Part shown: positions 39,181 through 48,114 of the stretch, in pieces
Layout: each line of letters begins with the position of its first letter
Numbering within the stretch: position 1 is the first letter of the stretch
Source of the DNA: Ruminococcus flavefaciens
Lineage (GTDB): Bacteria > Bacillota > Clostridia > Oscillospirales > Ruminococcaceae
DNA: 64,000 bases
Reading direction: 5' to 3'
Assembly (NCBI GenBank): GCA_902766595.1
Contig: CACXEJ010000072.1
Span: 4,709 to 68,708 of the forward strand
The notes under the pieces: generated by a model
What the model was told of the DNA's origin: nothing
The model's input: only the letters and a program-made list of their open reading frames with translations
Databases searched by the model: none
Program-made: the position numbers and the translations under genes

Positions 39181-40197
39181 TCAAGCCATACCAGCTGTAA
39201 TGATAGCCATCTTATAAACCTCATCAGCTGTGCAGCCTCTTGAGAGGTCGTTGATAGGAGCATTGAGTCCCTGAAGAATAGGACCGTAAGCCTCAAATCC
39301 ACCGAGTCTCTGAGCGATCTTGTAACCAATGTTACCAGCCTCGATGAGCGGGAAGATGAATGTATTAGCCTGTCCTGCAACCTTTGAATCAGGGCACTTT
39401 GTCTTTGCAACTTCAGCAGAAACAGCAGCGTCGAACTGGAACTCACCGTCAATAACGAGGTTCGGATCGAGCTGGCGAGCCTCGATAACAGCATCGTGGC
39501 TGAGCTGAACTGTGCCGCCCTTACCAGAGCCGTATGTTGAGAAGCTGAGTACAGCTACCTTAGGATCAATACCGAAGAAATCAGCGGTTCTTGCAGTCTC
39601 AACAGCAACCTCTGCAAGCTGTCTTGCAGCTGAGAGAACAACATTGCCGTCCTTGTCGAGTCTGTCAGAGTAGCTGAGATTGATAGCGCAGTCGCCCATA
39701 GCTATCTTCTCTTCCTTGCCATCCTTTTCTCTGAAGAGGATAAATGAAGAGCTTACGAGGTTTGAACCCTTCTTTGTCTTGATTATCTGAAGTGCAGGTC
39801 TTACTGTATCAGCTGTTGAATATGTAGCGCCTCCGAGAAGAGCGTCAGCCTTGCCAGCCTTAACGAGCATTGTTCCGAAATAGTTTGACTTCTGAAGAAA
39901 TGAACGGCACTCGTCCTCAGTCATCTTGCCCTTACGGAGCTCTGCCATCTGTGTAACGAGAGCATCCATTTCGGGATAAGTTACGGGATCAAGGATCTCA
40001 GCTCCGTCGATGTTGAAGCCGCCTGCTTTAGCAGCTGACTTTACTTCGTCAACGTTTCCGCAGAGGATCACGCCCATAAGACCTTCTTTAAGCAGTCTGT
40101 CTGCTGCTGAGAGGATACGGTTGTCGTTACCCTCGGTAAAAACGATAGTTTTCTTACTGGACTTTAAATTTGCGATAAGTTTGTCAAACATACCCAT
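39181..40197 (-). CDS. pta: Phosphate acetyltransferase
   Basis: IVFTEG, TVRPALQIIKT, LSFSTYGS, DGEFQFDAA, GNIGYKIAQRLG, NDLSRGC. Confidence 0.95.
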   Translation of the reverse strand: MGMFDKLIANLKSSKKTIVFTEGNDNRILSAADRLLKEGLMGVILCGNVDEVKSAAKAGGFNIDGAEILDPVTYPEMDALVTQMAELRKGKMTEDECRSFLQKSNYFGTMLVKAGKADALLGGATYSTADTVRPALQIIKTKKGSNLVSSSFILFREKDGKEEKIAMGDCAINLSYSDRLDKDGNVVLSAARQLAEVAVETARTADFFGIDPKVAVLSFSTYGSGKGGTVQLSHDAVIEARQLDPNLVIDGEFQFDAAVSAEVAKTKCPDSKVAGQANTFIFPLIEAGNIGYKIAQRLGGFEAYGPILQGLNAPINDLSRGCTADEVYKMAIITAGMA

Positions 40198-40326
40198 TTT
40201 ATTTTTACCTCCAAAGTAAAATTTCTTTTAATATTATATCACAACCCGGAATATTTTTCAATACCTATTTTGATTTTTTACTGACAAACAAAAAACGGTA
40301 CTACACAAGGCAGTACCGTCATCATA

Positions 40327-40797
40327 TCATTCGATAGTAACTTTCTTCATAACCTGAGGCTCAACAGGCTTGTCATTGTAGTCGGTAGCAGTTTCAGCTA
40401 TCTCATCTACAACTTCCATACCCTCAACGACCTTGCCGAAAGCAGCATAGTTACCGTCAAGATGAGGAGCGTCCTCGTGCATAATGAAGAACTGTGAACC
40501 AGCAGAGTCAGGCATCATTGAACGAGCCATAGAGAGAACTCCTCTTGTGTGCTTGAGATCGTTCTTTACGCCGTTTGAAGCAAATTCGCCCTTGATGTGC
40601 CAGCCGGGACCACCTGTGCCGGTACCGTTGGGACAGCCGCCCTGTATCATAAATCCAGGTATTACTCTATGGAAAGTAAGTCCGTCATAGAAGCCGTTCT
40701 TGACGAGCTTTTCAAAGTTTTCACAAGAGATAGGTGCGATATCAGGATAGAGTTCTATCTTGATCTTTTTGCCGTTTGCCATTTCGATTACAACCAT
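40327..40797 (-). CDS. Cyclophilin-type peptidyl-prolyl isomerase
   Basis: FHRVIPGFMIQGG, LSMAR, AGSQFFI, HLDGNYAAFG. Confidence 0.93.
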   Translation of the reverse strand: MVVIEMANGKKIKIELYPDIAPISCENFEKLVKNGFYDGLTFHRVIPGFMIQGGCPNGTGTGGPGWHIKGEFASNGVKNDLKHTRGVLSMARSMMPDSAGSQFFIMHEDAPHLDGNYAAFGKVVEGMEVVDEIAETATDYNDKPVEPQVMKKVTIE

Positions 40798-40811
40798 TGA
40801 TCTTTCCTCCG

Positions 40812-41516
40812 TTAGCCAATTTTAATGTGTATAGTCGACGATGGTCTTACCGGATCATCACCGGGATCATCAGTCGACGTGTAATACTCAGAGTACTTTT
40901 CGCGGTATTCCTCAAGAGGATTTTTCCCCGAAGCAAACTGAGTAGTTACTTCCTGTCCGTTTTCATCGACGTATTTCGTCGAGACTACTCTTCCGAGTAT
41001 ATCAGTAACATATTCTATGTGAGGGTCACCAGCAAGTTCAGTTTCGGAAACGACGGTCTCGTTTTCCTCAACAACTCGTCCGAGAATATCAGTTACATAT
41101 TGTTTTTCAACGTGAGTAGTCGGCTCAGTAGTATCAGTTTCCTGCGCAGGGATAGTTTCCACTACTCTGCCGAGAATATCTGTGACATATTCAACTCCGG
41201 CAGCGTCCGTCAGCTTAGTTGTTTCACTGTCAGTACCGTCCCCGGCAGTTTCAGTTACAGTACCTTCCTCATCCGTGTCGGTCGGCGTAGTATTTCCGAA
41301 AGTAAAAGTATTGCCGGGATTATTACCGGTAGTTTTTCCGGCAGTAATTTCTGAAGCAGAAGTGTCTGATGTCAGCCTGTTATTTGTGACCGCTTTTGAC
41401 TTGTTGCTTTTTTTGTTAGTATTATCAATATTCATCGCGCAGGACCTTCCGGCAAGTATTACAAGGAATGCTGCCAGCATAGCGATAAATATAGCTATAA
41501 CTCTTCTGTTTTCCAA
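40812..41516 (-). CDS. Membrane-anchored T/E-rich protein with three YVTDILGRVV repeats
   Basis: N-terminal TM helix, TTG start after GGAGG, three exact decapeptide repeats. Confidence 0.75.
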   Translation of the reverse strand: MENRRVIAIFIAMLAAFLVILAGRSCAMNIDNTNKKSNKSKAVTNNRLTSDTSASEITAGKTTGNNPGNTFTFGNTTPTDTDEEGTVTETAGDGTDSETTKLTDAAGVEYVTDILGRVVETIPAQETDTTEPTTHVEKQYVTDILGRVVEENETVVSETELAGDPHIEYVTDILGRVVSTKYVDENGQEVTTQFASGKNPLEEYREKYSEYYTSTDDPGDDPVRPSSTIHIKIG

Positions 41517-41638
41517 ATCAGCTGCACCTCCTGATGCCGCGCAGATAATTCATATATACATATTATACTTGCTTTTTCATAATATGTCAAGCATAAGCAG
41601 AAGAAAAGCCGGCACTCAGGTGAGTACCGGCATAGCAC

Positions 41639-43729
41639 TTATAATTTGTCGATAATACCAAGCTTGAACTGCTGTATGAGCAGAGCATCAGCGTTGGTGA
41701 GTCCCTTCTTTCCGTCAACATCAGCATTGATAAATCCCTTGCTGGATATGGCTTTTTCGTCCTTGCTGTCTGGACCATACTTATCCGGATTTGTTGCCAC
41801 CTGCATTACGAGGACAGCATCAGCGATATTCACCTGATGATCAAGGTTTGCATCGCCTTTCAGAACAGGGAGAGTTGCTGTAAGTTTTACAGTCACAGTG
41901 TACGAACCATTCGCATTCTTGACTATTTCTCCGGCATTGGTCGGGCACTTGTATCCGGTCGGCAGGGCATCGTTCTTGATGTTTACAGATGTCAGTGCCC
42001 AGCCTGACTTTATATTCAATTCTTCGTCGCATATGAAATTATTTGAAGTTACCTGCGGACCTGCAAGATCAACATAGTCTCCGTATTCTCCGGTCTCAGG
42101 ATCAACCGTGCGGATTTCAAACGGGAGTCTGTAATCAAATTTATCTGTGAGCTCAAGAGGCTTGCCTGTGTCATAGTCGAGAAGTTTTACCTCAACCTGA
42201 CCGGGCTTGAGATATGAGCCGGCAGCAGTCTTGACTCTGGCTACAATATCCATCGAGTTCGTGTAATCATAGTCGAATGTTTCATTGGTATAGAGATTTG
42301 CAAATACATCATCAGAGTTTGTAAAGCTGAATTTATCTGCCTTTTCGTAAAGCTCTGCAAGTTCGTCCTTTATTACTGTCGGATTTGACTCCGCATTGAA
42401 AACAGGTCCGGTAAGCAGCCATCCGCCGGGAACATCGTCCTTCTTAACTCCTATATCAGTACCTATCGAATAATTATGCTCCTTGACGTAGCTGTCTGGA
42501 ATGAGCTCGCCTGTATCATAGTCAATAAGTGTAATCCTTACCTCACCGTAATCCAGATCCATCGGTATAAAGGTAAATCCTGCCTCTTCTGCTGATTTCT
42601 GAGTGGCTGAGTCCGGACGTCCGAAAATAACTCCGTTATATGAATACTCTCTGTCATAAACGTTGCTTATATCTTTATCGCTGATCTGACAGTCAGGATT
42701 GATAACTGTGACTGATTTCAGGTTTTTACAGCCGTCAAATACAGATGAACCGTTCATACCGCCGAGCTGTTTCACTTCTCCCGGCAGGGTTATATGTTCA
42801 ATACCTGTTCCTGCAAAGGCAGCCGTACCTATCTTGCCGACATAACCCGGTATCTTTACTTCTTTGAGGTCTTCGCAGTCCTCAAACATTGAATTCGGGA
42901 TCTCAGTAATGTACTTAGGCAGTTTTACTTCAGTCAATGAAGAACAGCTTGCAAATGCAGATCTGCCTATCACCTCTATACTGTCAGGAATACTTACAGA
43001 TTTAAGTGAAGTACAGCGCTTGAAAGCCTCGTCATCTATTTTGATAACAGAGTCCGGTATAGTGATCTCTTTTATGGACGAGCGCTCAAATGCACAATAG
43101 CCAATACTTTTTACCGAATCCGGAAGTGTGACTTTCTCGAAATCAGTATCGTAAAATGCGCAGGAAGCTATTTCCGTAACAGTGTCCGGAACAGTATATA
43201 TGAGTTTATCCTTGAATTCCTCCTTATCAGAGTAAAAATTATAAGCCCTGATAAGGATAGTTTTATCCTTGTTAAAGAGAACGCCGTCCTGAGATGAATA
43301 ATTCGGATTATTTTCATCAACAGTTACAGATTTAAAGCGGATAGGATCAATCGGGCCTGCTTCAAAATGCAAGTAACAAGCCTCGATCTCCTCAACAGAT
43401 GCCGGAATAAACAGCTCGTCTATATAGTAACATCCATAGAAAGCTGTGCCTTTGATCTTTACGACCGGAACTCCTTTTATCTCTTCAGGAATAGCAAGAT
43501 CTCCGCTGAAAGTCTCATCACATTTCACTACCTCGGCATAGGCTTCGATCTCATTTTCAGGATCTGACGGATAGATGCGATATGTGAGAGCTTTTTCAGT
43601 GACCTCTTCATATGCATTTTCTTCTTCGGCGTTTGCAGTGATGATGTTGCTTTTTGTGTGTGGAAGTACCGTCGGGATCGCTCCTCCGACGATACACAGT
43701 GCTAAGACTGCTGCGATTAGTTTTCTCAT
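41639..43729 (-). CDS. Secreted BspA-type leucine-rich-repeat protein with dockerin
   Basis: Signal peptide; LRR_5 repeats (IPDSV..I...AF..C.SL); C-terminal dockerin GDANLD...DVDGKKGL. Confidence 0.88.
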   Translation of the reverse strand: MRKLIAAVLALCIVGGAIPTVLPHTKSNIITANAEEENAYEEVTEKALTYRIYPSDPENEIEAYAEVVKCDETFSGDLAIPEEIKGVPVVKIKGTAFYGCYYIDELFIPASVEEIEACYLHFEAGPIDPIRFKSVTVDENNPNYSSQDGVLFNKDKTILIRAYNFYSDKEEFKDKLIYTVPDTVTEIASCAFYDTDFEKVTLPDSVKSIGYCAFERSSIKEITIPDSVIKIDDEAFKRCTSLKSVSIPDSIEVIGRSAFASCSSLTEVKLPKYITEIPNSMFEDCEDLKEVKIPGYVGKIGTAAFAGTGIEHITLPGEVKQLGGMNGSSVFDGCKNLKSVTVINPDCQISDKDISNVYDREYSYNGVIFGRPDSATQKSAEEAGFTFIPMDLDYGEVRITLIDYDTGELIPDSYVKEHNYSIGTDIGVKKDDVPGGWLLTGPVFNAESNPTVIKDELAELYEKADKFSFTNSDDVFANLYTNETFDYDYTNSMDIVARVKTAAGSYLKPGQVEVKLLDYDTGKPLELTDKFDYRLPFEIRTVDPETGEYGDYVDLAGPQVTSNNFICDEELNIKSGWALTSVNIKNDALPTGYKCPTNAGEIVKNANGSYTVTVKLTATLPVLKGDANLDHQVNIADAVLVMQVATNPDKYGPDSKDEKAISSKGFINADVDGKKGLTNADALLIQQFKLGIIDKL

Positions 43730-43895
43730 GTTTTACCCCTCCCAAGGTTAAAATTTATACATCTATAATAACAAGTTTTAAGGCAATTGTCAATACCATT
43801 AGGTGAATTTGCATAAATATTTAAGATTTATTTAATAATCAGAGACCTCTCCGCTCTGAAAAGTCCTTTCCGAAGCCCGATAAGCGGCTTTCGTA

Positions 43896-43924
43896 TTGAC
43901 AAAAACAACGTTCTGTGGTACAAT
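43896..43924 (+). promoter_or_regulatory. Sigma-A promoter of gltX-metG
   Basis: TTGACA, 17 bp spacer, TACAAT with extended TG. Confidence 0.75.
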
Positions 43925-43962
43925 ATATTGTATTATGTATTACTTTATAAAGGTGTGTTATT

Positions 43963-45597
43963 ATGGACTATATCAGACTTGCAGATATTCTTTTCCCCGA
44001 TGTAACAGCTTCTCCTGAAGATATGGAGCAGAAGTTCCCTCCGCGTTCTCTTCCCGAGGGTGCCTGCGTTACCAGAATCGGTCCCAGCCCGACAGGCTTC
44101 GTTCATCTCGGAAATCTCTATAATGCTCTTATAGGCGAGCGCCTCGCCCACCAGTCAAACGGCGTTTTCTATCTCCGTATCGAGGATACCGACAACAAGC
44201 GTGAGGTCGAGGGTGCTGTCGAGACAGTTATCAATGCTATGAACTACTTCGGCGTAAACTTCGATGAGGGTGCAGTTTCGAACGGTGATAACGGCAGCTA
44301 CGGTCCCTACCGCCAGAGACAGCGCAAGGATATTTACCACGTTTTTGCAAAGCACCTCGTTCAGAGAGGTCTCGCTTATCCCTGCTTCCTCACAGCCGAG
44401 GAGATAGACGCTCTCCGTGAGCAGCAGACCGCTGTCAAGGAGAACCCCGGCATCTACGGAAAGTACGCAAAGTACCGTGACACTTCCATAGAGGAAGTTC
44501 AGCAGCTTATCGCTTCCGGTAAGGAATGGGTGCTCCGCTACCGCGGCACAGAAACTGACGAATACATCTCAGTAAACGATGCTATCCGCGGCAAGGTCGA
44601 AATGCCTCGAAACAATATGGATTTCGTTCTCCTCAAGAGTGACGGTATCCCGACATACCACTTTGCTCACGTCGTTGACGACCACCTTATGCGTTCTACT
44701 CACGTTATCCGCGGCGAGGAATGGCTCTCCTCACTTCCTATGCACGTTGAGCTCTTCAACGCTCTCGGCTGGCAGCAGCCTATCTACTGCCACACAGCTA
44801 CCCTTATGAAGCTCGAGAACGGCGGAAAGCGCAAGCTCTCCAAGCGTAAGGATCCCGAGCTCGCACTCTCCTACTACCAGCAGGAGGGTATCAGCCCTGA
44901 CGCTATATGGGAATTCCTCCTCACAGTCCTCAACTCCAACTTCGAGGAGTGGAGACTTGCAGATCCCGATGCTGACTATAAGGATTTCCCCTACTCGCTC
45001 TCAAAGATGTCAATTTCCGGAGCACTCGTTGACCTCGACAAGCTCCGTAATATCTCCAAGGACGTCATCGGCAGAATGCCGGCTGAAAAGATCATGGAAA
45101 GCTGGCTCGAATGGTGCGACGAGTACAACAAGGACTATGCTGATCTCATCAGAAAGTACCCCGAGCGCACTCTTGCCGCACTCAACGTCGGCAGAAACGC
45201 TGCAAAACCTCGTAAGGATCTCGAGACATGGAAACAGGCTTGCGACTTTATGAGCTTCTACTACGATGAGACCTTCAAGGTAACAGATGAAATGCCCGCT
45301 GAATGTGACGAAGCTACACGCAAGCAGTTCTTTGCTGAATACCTCGCTTCATACGACCACAATGATGACTCCGCAGCGTGGTTCGATAAGGTAAAGGCTC
45401 TCACAGACAAGCTCGGTTTTGCAGTAAAGCCCAAGGATTTCAAGAAAAATCCCGACCAGTTCAAGGGCAGTATCGTACACATCACAAATATGCTCCGTAT
45501 AGCTCTCACAGGTCACGCAAACGCGCCTGACATCCACGAGGTCAGCCACGTTCTCGGTGAGGACATCGTAAGAGCAAGACTCGCAAAGTGGTGCTGA
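43963..45597 (+). CDS. gltX: Glutamate--tRNA ligase
   Basis: RIGPSPTGFVHLGN, LRIEDTD, GPYRQ, HVIRGEEW, KLSKR. Confidence 0.92.
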   Translation: MDYIRLADILFPDVTASPEDMEQKFPPRSLPEGACVTRIGPSPTGFVHLGNLYNALIGERLAHQSNGVFYLRIEDTDNKREVEGAVETVINAMNYFGVNFDEGAVSNGDNGSYGPYRQRQRKDIYHVFAKHLVQRGLAYPCFLTAEEIDALREQQTAVKENPGIYGKYAKYRDTSIEEVQQLIASGKEWVLRYRGTETDEYISVNDAIRGKVEMPRNNMDFVLLKSDGIPTYHFAHVVDDHLMRSTHVIRGEEWLSSLPMHVELFNALGWQQPIYCHTATLMKLENGGKRKLSKRKDPELALSYYQQEGISPDAIWEFLLTVLNSNFEEWRLADPDADYKDFPYSLSKMSISGALVDLDKLRNISKDVIGRMPAEKIMESWLEWCDEYNKDYADLIRKYPERTLAALNVGRNAAKPRKDLETWKQACDFMSFYYDETFKVTDEMPAECDEATRKQFFAEYLASYDHNDDSAAWFDKVKALTDKLGFAVKPKDFKKNPDQFKGSIVHITNMLRIALTGHANAPDIHEVSHVLGEDIVRARLAKWC

Positions 45598-45634
45598 GTC
45601 CGATCGAAATACAACATCAAGGAAGGTTTTACTT

Positions 45635-47656
45635 ATGGCTAAGAATAAAGATGGCAACAACGGCAAGCCATTCGAGATACCGCGTCCGGTCTTCCCGAAA
45701 AGAGCCGTAATAACAGGCGGTATGCCTTATGGCAACAAGGAGCTCCATTTCGGCCACGTTGGCGGAATGTTCGTTTTCGCTGACACATTCGCAAGATTTA
45801 TGCGCGACCGTATTGGCAAGGAAAATGTTATCTTCGTCGGCGGCACAGACTGCTACGGCTCCCCTATCGCCGAGGGCTGGAGAGTCAAGGTCGAGAAGGG
45901 CGAATTCAGCGGAACTCTCGAAGAATTCGTTCAGCACAACCACGACAAACAGCAGGAAACTCTCGATGCTTACGGCATCTCGCCTAACCTCTTTGCAGCC
46001 TCCGGTCTCGGACGTTCAAAGGAGATACACGCAGAAGTGACCGACTGGTTCATCAGCTCACTTTACAAGAAAGGTCAGCTCAGCAAGATCTCGACTATGC
46101 AGTTCTTCGATGAAAAGGCAGGCGTGTTCCTCAACGGCAGACAGGTCGTTGGAAAGTGTCCTGTCGAGGGCTGTACATCTGAAAAGGGCTACGCAGACGA
46201 GTGTGACCTCGGTCATCAGTATATGCCCGAAAACCTCCTCAATCCGGTCAGCACACTCACCGGTGAGACTCCTACTATGAAGCCCGTCACCAACTGGTAC
46301 TTCAAGCTCCGCGACTACGAGGAGCTTATGAAGGAATGGATCGAGGAGCTCAAGAAGCGCAAGGACATACGTCCGGTCGTATGGAAGACTATCGACGAAT
46401 TCCTCAAGCCGCCGGTCATCTATGTAAAGCGCGAGTTTGAAGAGAAATACTTCTCGCTCAAGGACTCAATGCCCGCGCACGAATACCTCGAAGAGCCCAA
46501 GAAGCCTTCGTTCACGATACAATTCAGCAAGCTATCCGACTGCGACGAAGCCTGCCGCGTCCTCACACAGAACGGCATACGCTACCGTACAGGAAAGACT
46601 CTCGTTCCGTTCCGACTCACCGGAAACATCGAATGGGGCGTTCCTGCACCTGTTATGGACGGCGAGGAAGGTCTCACAGTATGGGTATGGCCCGAGTCAC
46701 TCTGGGCTCCTATCTCTTTCACACAGACCTATCTCGAAAAGGTCGGCAAGGACCGCGAGCTCTGGAAGGATTACTGGTGCAGCAAGGACTCTACCGTTTA
46801 TCAGTTCATCGGTCAGGACAACATCTATTTCTACGGCATCGCAGAGCCTGCAATGTGGATGGCTCAGCAGGCTTCAGAGACAAAGACCTCAACTCCGCCC
46901 GAGGGAGAGCTCCAGATGCCGGTGATCGTTGCAAATCACCACATTCTCTTCCTTGATAAGAAGGCTTCAAGCTCCGGCGCAGTAAAGCCTCCTATGGCTG
47001 AAGATTTGCTCAGTCACTACACGCCCGAGCAGCTCCGTATGCACTGGCTCGGACTCGGTCTCGGACAGCGTTCTGTCAGCTTTATGCCCAAGCCCTACAA
47101 CCCTGACGCTAAGCCCGATGATGCTGATCCCGTTGTAAAGGACGGTCTGCTTCTCTCGAATGTTTACAACCGTATGATAAGAACTGCTTTCTATACAGCA
47201 CAGAAAGAGCTCGACGGAATTATGCCTGACAACGCTCCCGAGGAGCAGTTCCTCGCTGACGCTAAAAAAGCTGTTCTCGACTACGAAAGACATATGTCAA
47301 AGTTTGCTTTCCACCAGTGTACCTACGTTCTCGACAGCTATATCAGAAACGGCAGTAAATATATGGCTAAGGCTCTCAACGGAGAATATCCGGACAAGGA
47401 ACAGCTCAAGCAGGCGCTCGCAAACCTCTTCTATATGATCCGTATAGCCGGAGTTCTGCTTCATCCTATGGCTCCCTTCGGAACCGAAAAGCTCCGCGAG
47501 TATTTGCAGGTCGATGAAAGGATATGGTCTTGGGATACTATCCTTGAGCCCCTCACCTACTTCACAGGCAGCGGACACAAGCTCAAGTTCCTGCCCCCGA
47601 GAACCGACTTCTTCACACGTCACGAAAGTCAGTTCGCAGCCGATACAAACGAATGA
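45635..47656 (+). CDS. metG: Methionine--tRNA ligase (divergent, no C-terminal dimerisation domain)
   Basis: PYGN..LHFGH, GTDCYG, Zn knuckle GKCP...ADECD, WGVP.P, WVWPES, FIGQDNIYFY, KASSS. Confidence 0.85.
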   Translation: MAKNKDGNNGKPFEIPRPVFPKRAVITGGMPYGNKELHFGHVGGMFVFADTFARFMRDRIGKENVIFVGGTDCYGSPIAEGWRVKVEKGEFSGTLEEFVQHNHDKQQETLDAYGISPNLFAASGLGRSKEIHAEVTDWFISSLYKKGQLSKISTMQFFDEKAGVFLNGRQVVGKCPVEGCTSEKGYADECDLGHQYMPENLLNPVSTLTGETPTMKPVTNWYFKLRDYEELMKEWIEELKKRKDIRPVVWKTIDEFLKPPVIYVKREFEEKYFSLKDSMPAHEYLEEPKKPSFTIQFSKLSDCDEACRVLTQNGIRYRTGKTLVPFRLTGNIEWGVPAPVMDGEEGLTVWVWPESLWAPISFTQTYLEKVGKDRELWKDYWCSKDSTVYQFIGQDNIYFYGIAEPAMWMAQQASETKTSTPPEGELQMPVIVANHHILFLDKKASSSGAVKPPMAEDLLSHYTPEQLRMHWLGLGLGQRSVSFMPKPYNPDAKPDDADPVVKDGLLLSNVYNRMIRTAFYTAQKELDGIMPDNAPEEQFLADAKKAVLDYERHMSKFAFHQCTYVLDSYIRNGSKYMAKALNGEYPDKEQLKQALANLFYMIRIAGVLLHPMAPFGTEKLREYLQVDERIWSWDTILEPLTYFTGSGHKLKFLPPRTDFFTRHESQFAADTNE

Positions 47657-47657
47657 T

Positions 47658-47697
47658 AAAAAAGCCCGAAGACGTTCAGAACGCCTCCGGGCTTTTT
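47658..47697. terminator. Bidirectional terminator
   Basis: AAAAAAGCCCG...CGGGCTTTTT. Confidence 0.75.
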
Positions 47698-47716
47698 CTT
47701 TACAGCGGAACTGCTG

Positions 47717-48052
47717 TTACTTTTTAAGAAGATTTTTCCTTGCTTCAGGGTTATTGTTGATTATCATTGCGAGATCGTCACAGTTCTCCATTTCCGGGCA
47801 GCTGCCGCAGGTATCGGCTCCCCTTTTCATTGCGCATTGTCTTATCGGACAAAGCGAGTCACAGTAGGGAGTTTTTGCACCGTTTACCCGGCAGCCCTCG
47901 CAGTTTATCATATCCGGAGTGATCGTTACTCCGTTGAGTTCCGACCATTTCTCCGCAATGCTTTTGCGCAGTCCGTCATCATTGTTCAGAGTTGCTGTAC
48001 GAGCCTCACACTTTTCGCAGTCCAGACCGCAGTACGCAATAAGTTCCCTCAT
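47717..48052 (-). CDS. DUF3795 Cys-rich protein
   Basis: IAYCGLDC..C, CEGCR, CPIRQC...CGSC...C; AGGAGG RBS. Confidence 0.85.
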   Translation of the reverse strand: MRELIAYCGLDCEKCEARTATLNNDDGLRKSIAEKWSELNGVTITPDMINCEGCRVNGAKTPYCDSLCPIRQCAMKRGADTCGSCPEMENCDDLAMIINNNPEARKNLLKK

Positions 48053-48114
48053 ATCTTACCTCCTGTTATAACAAGTGCCTCCGTTATTTCCAGAGGCACT
48101 TATTTTTTCGGAAA

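Noticed and set aside
43800-43962. T-box riboswitch before gltX-metG
   Set aside because: The promoter sits under 40 bp from the start codon, leaving no room for a leader
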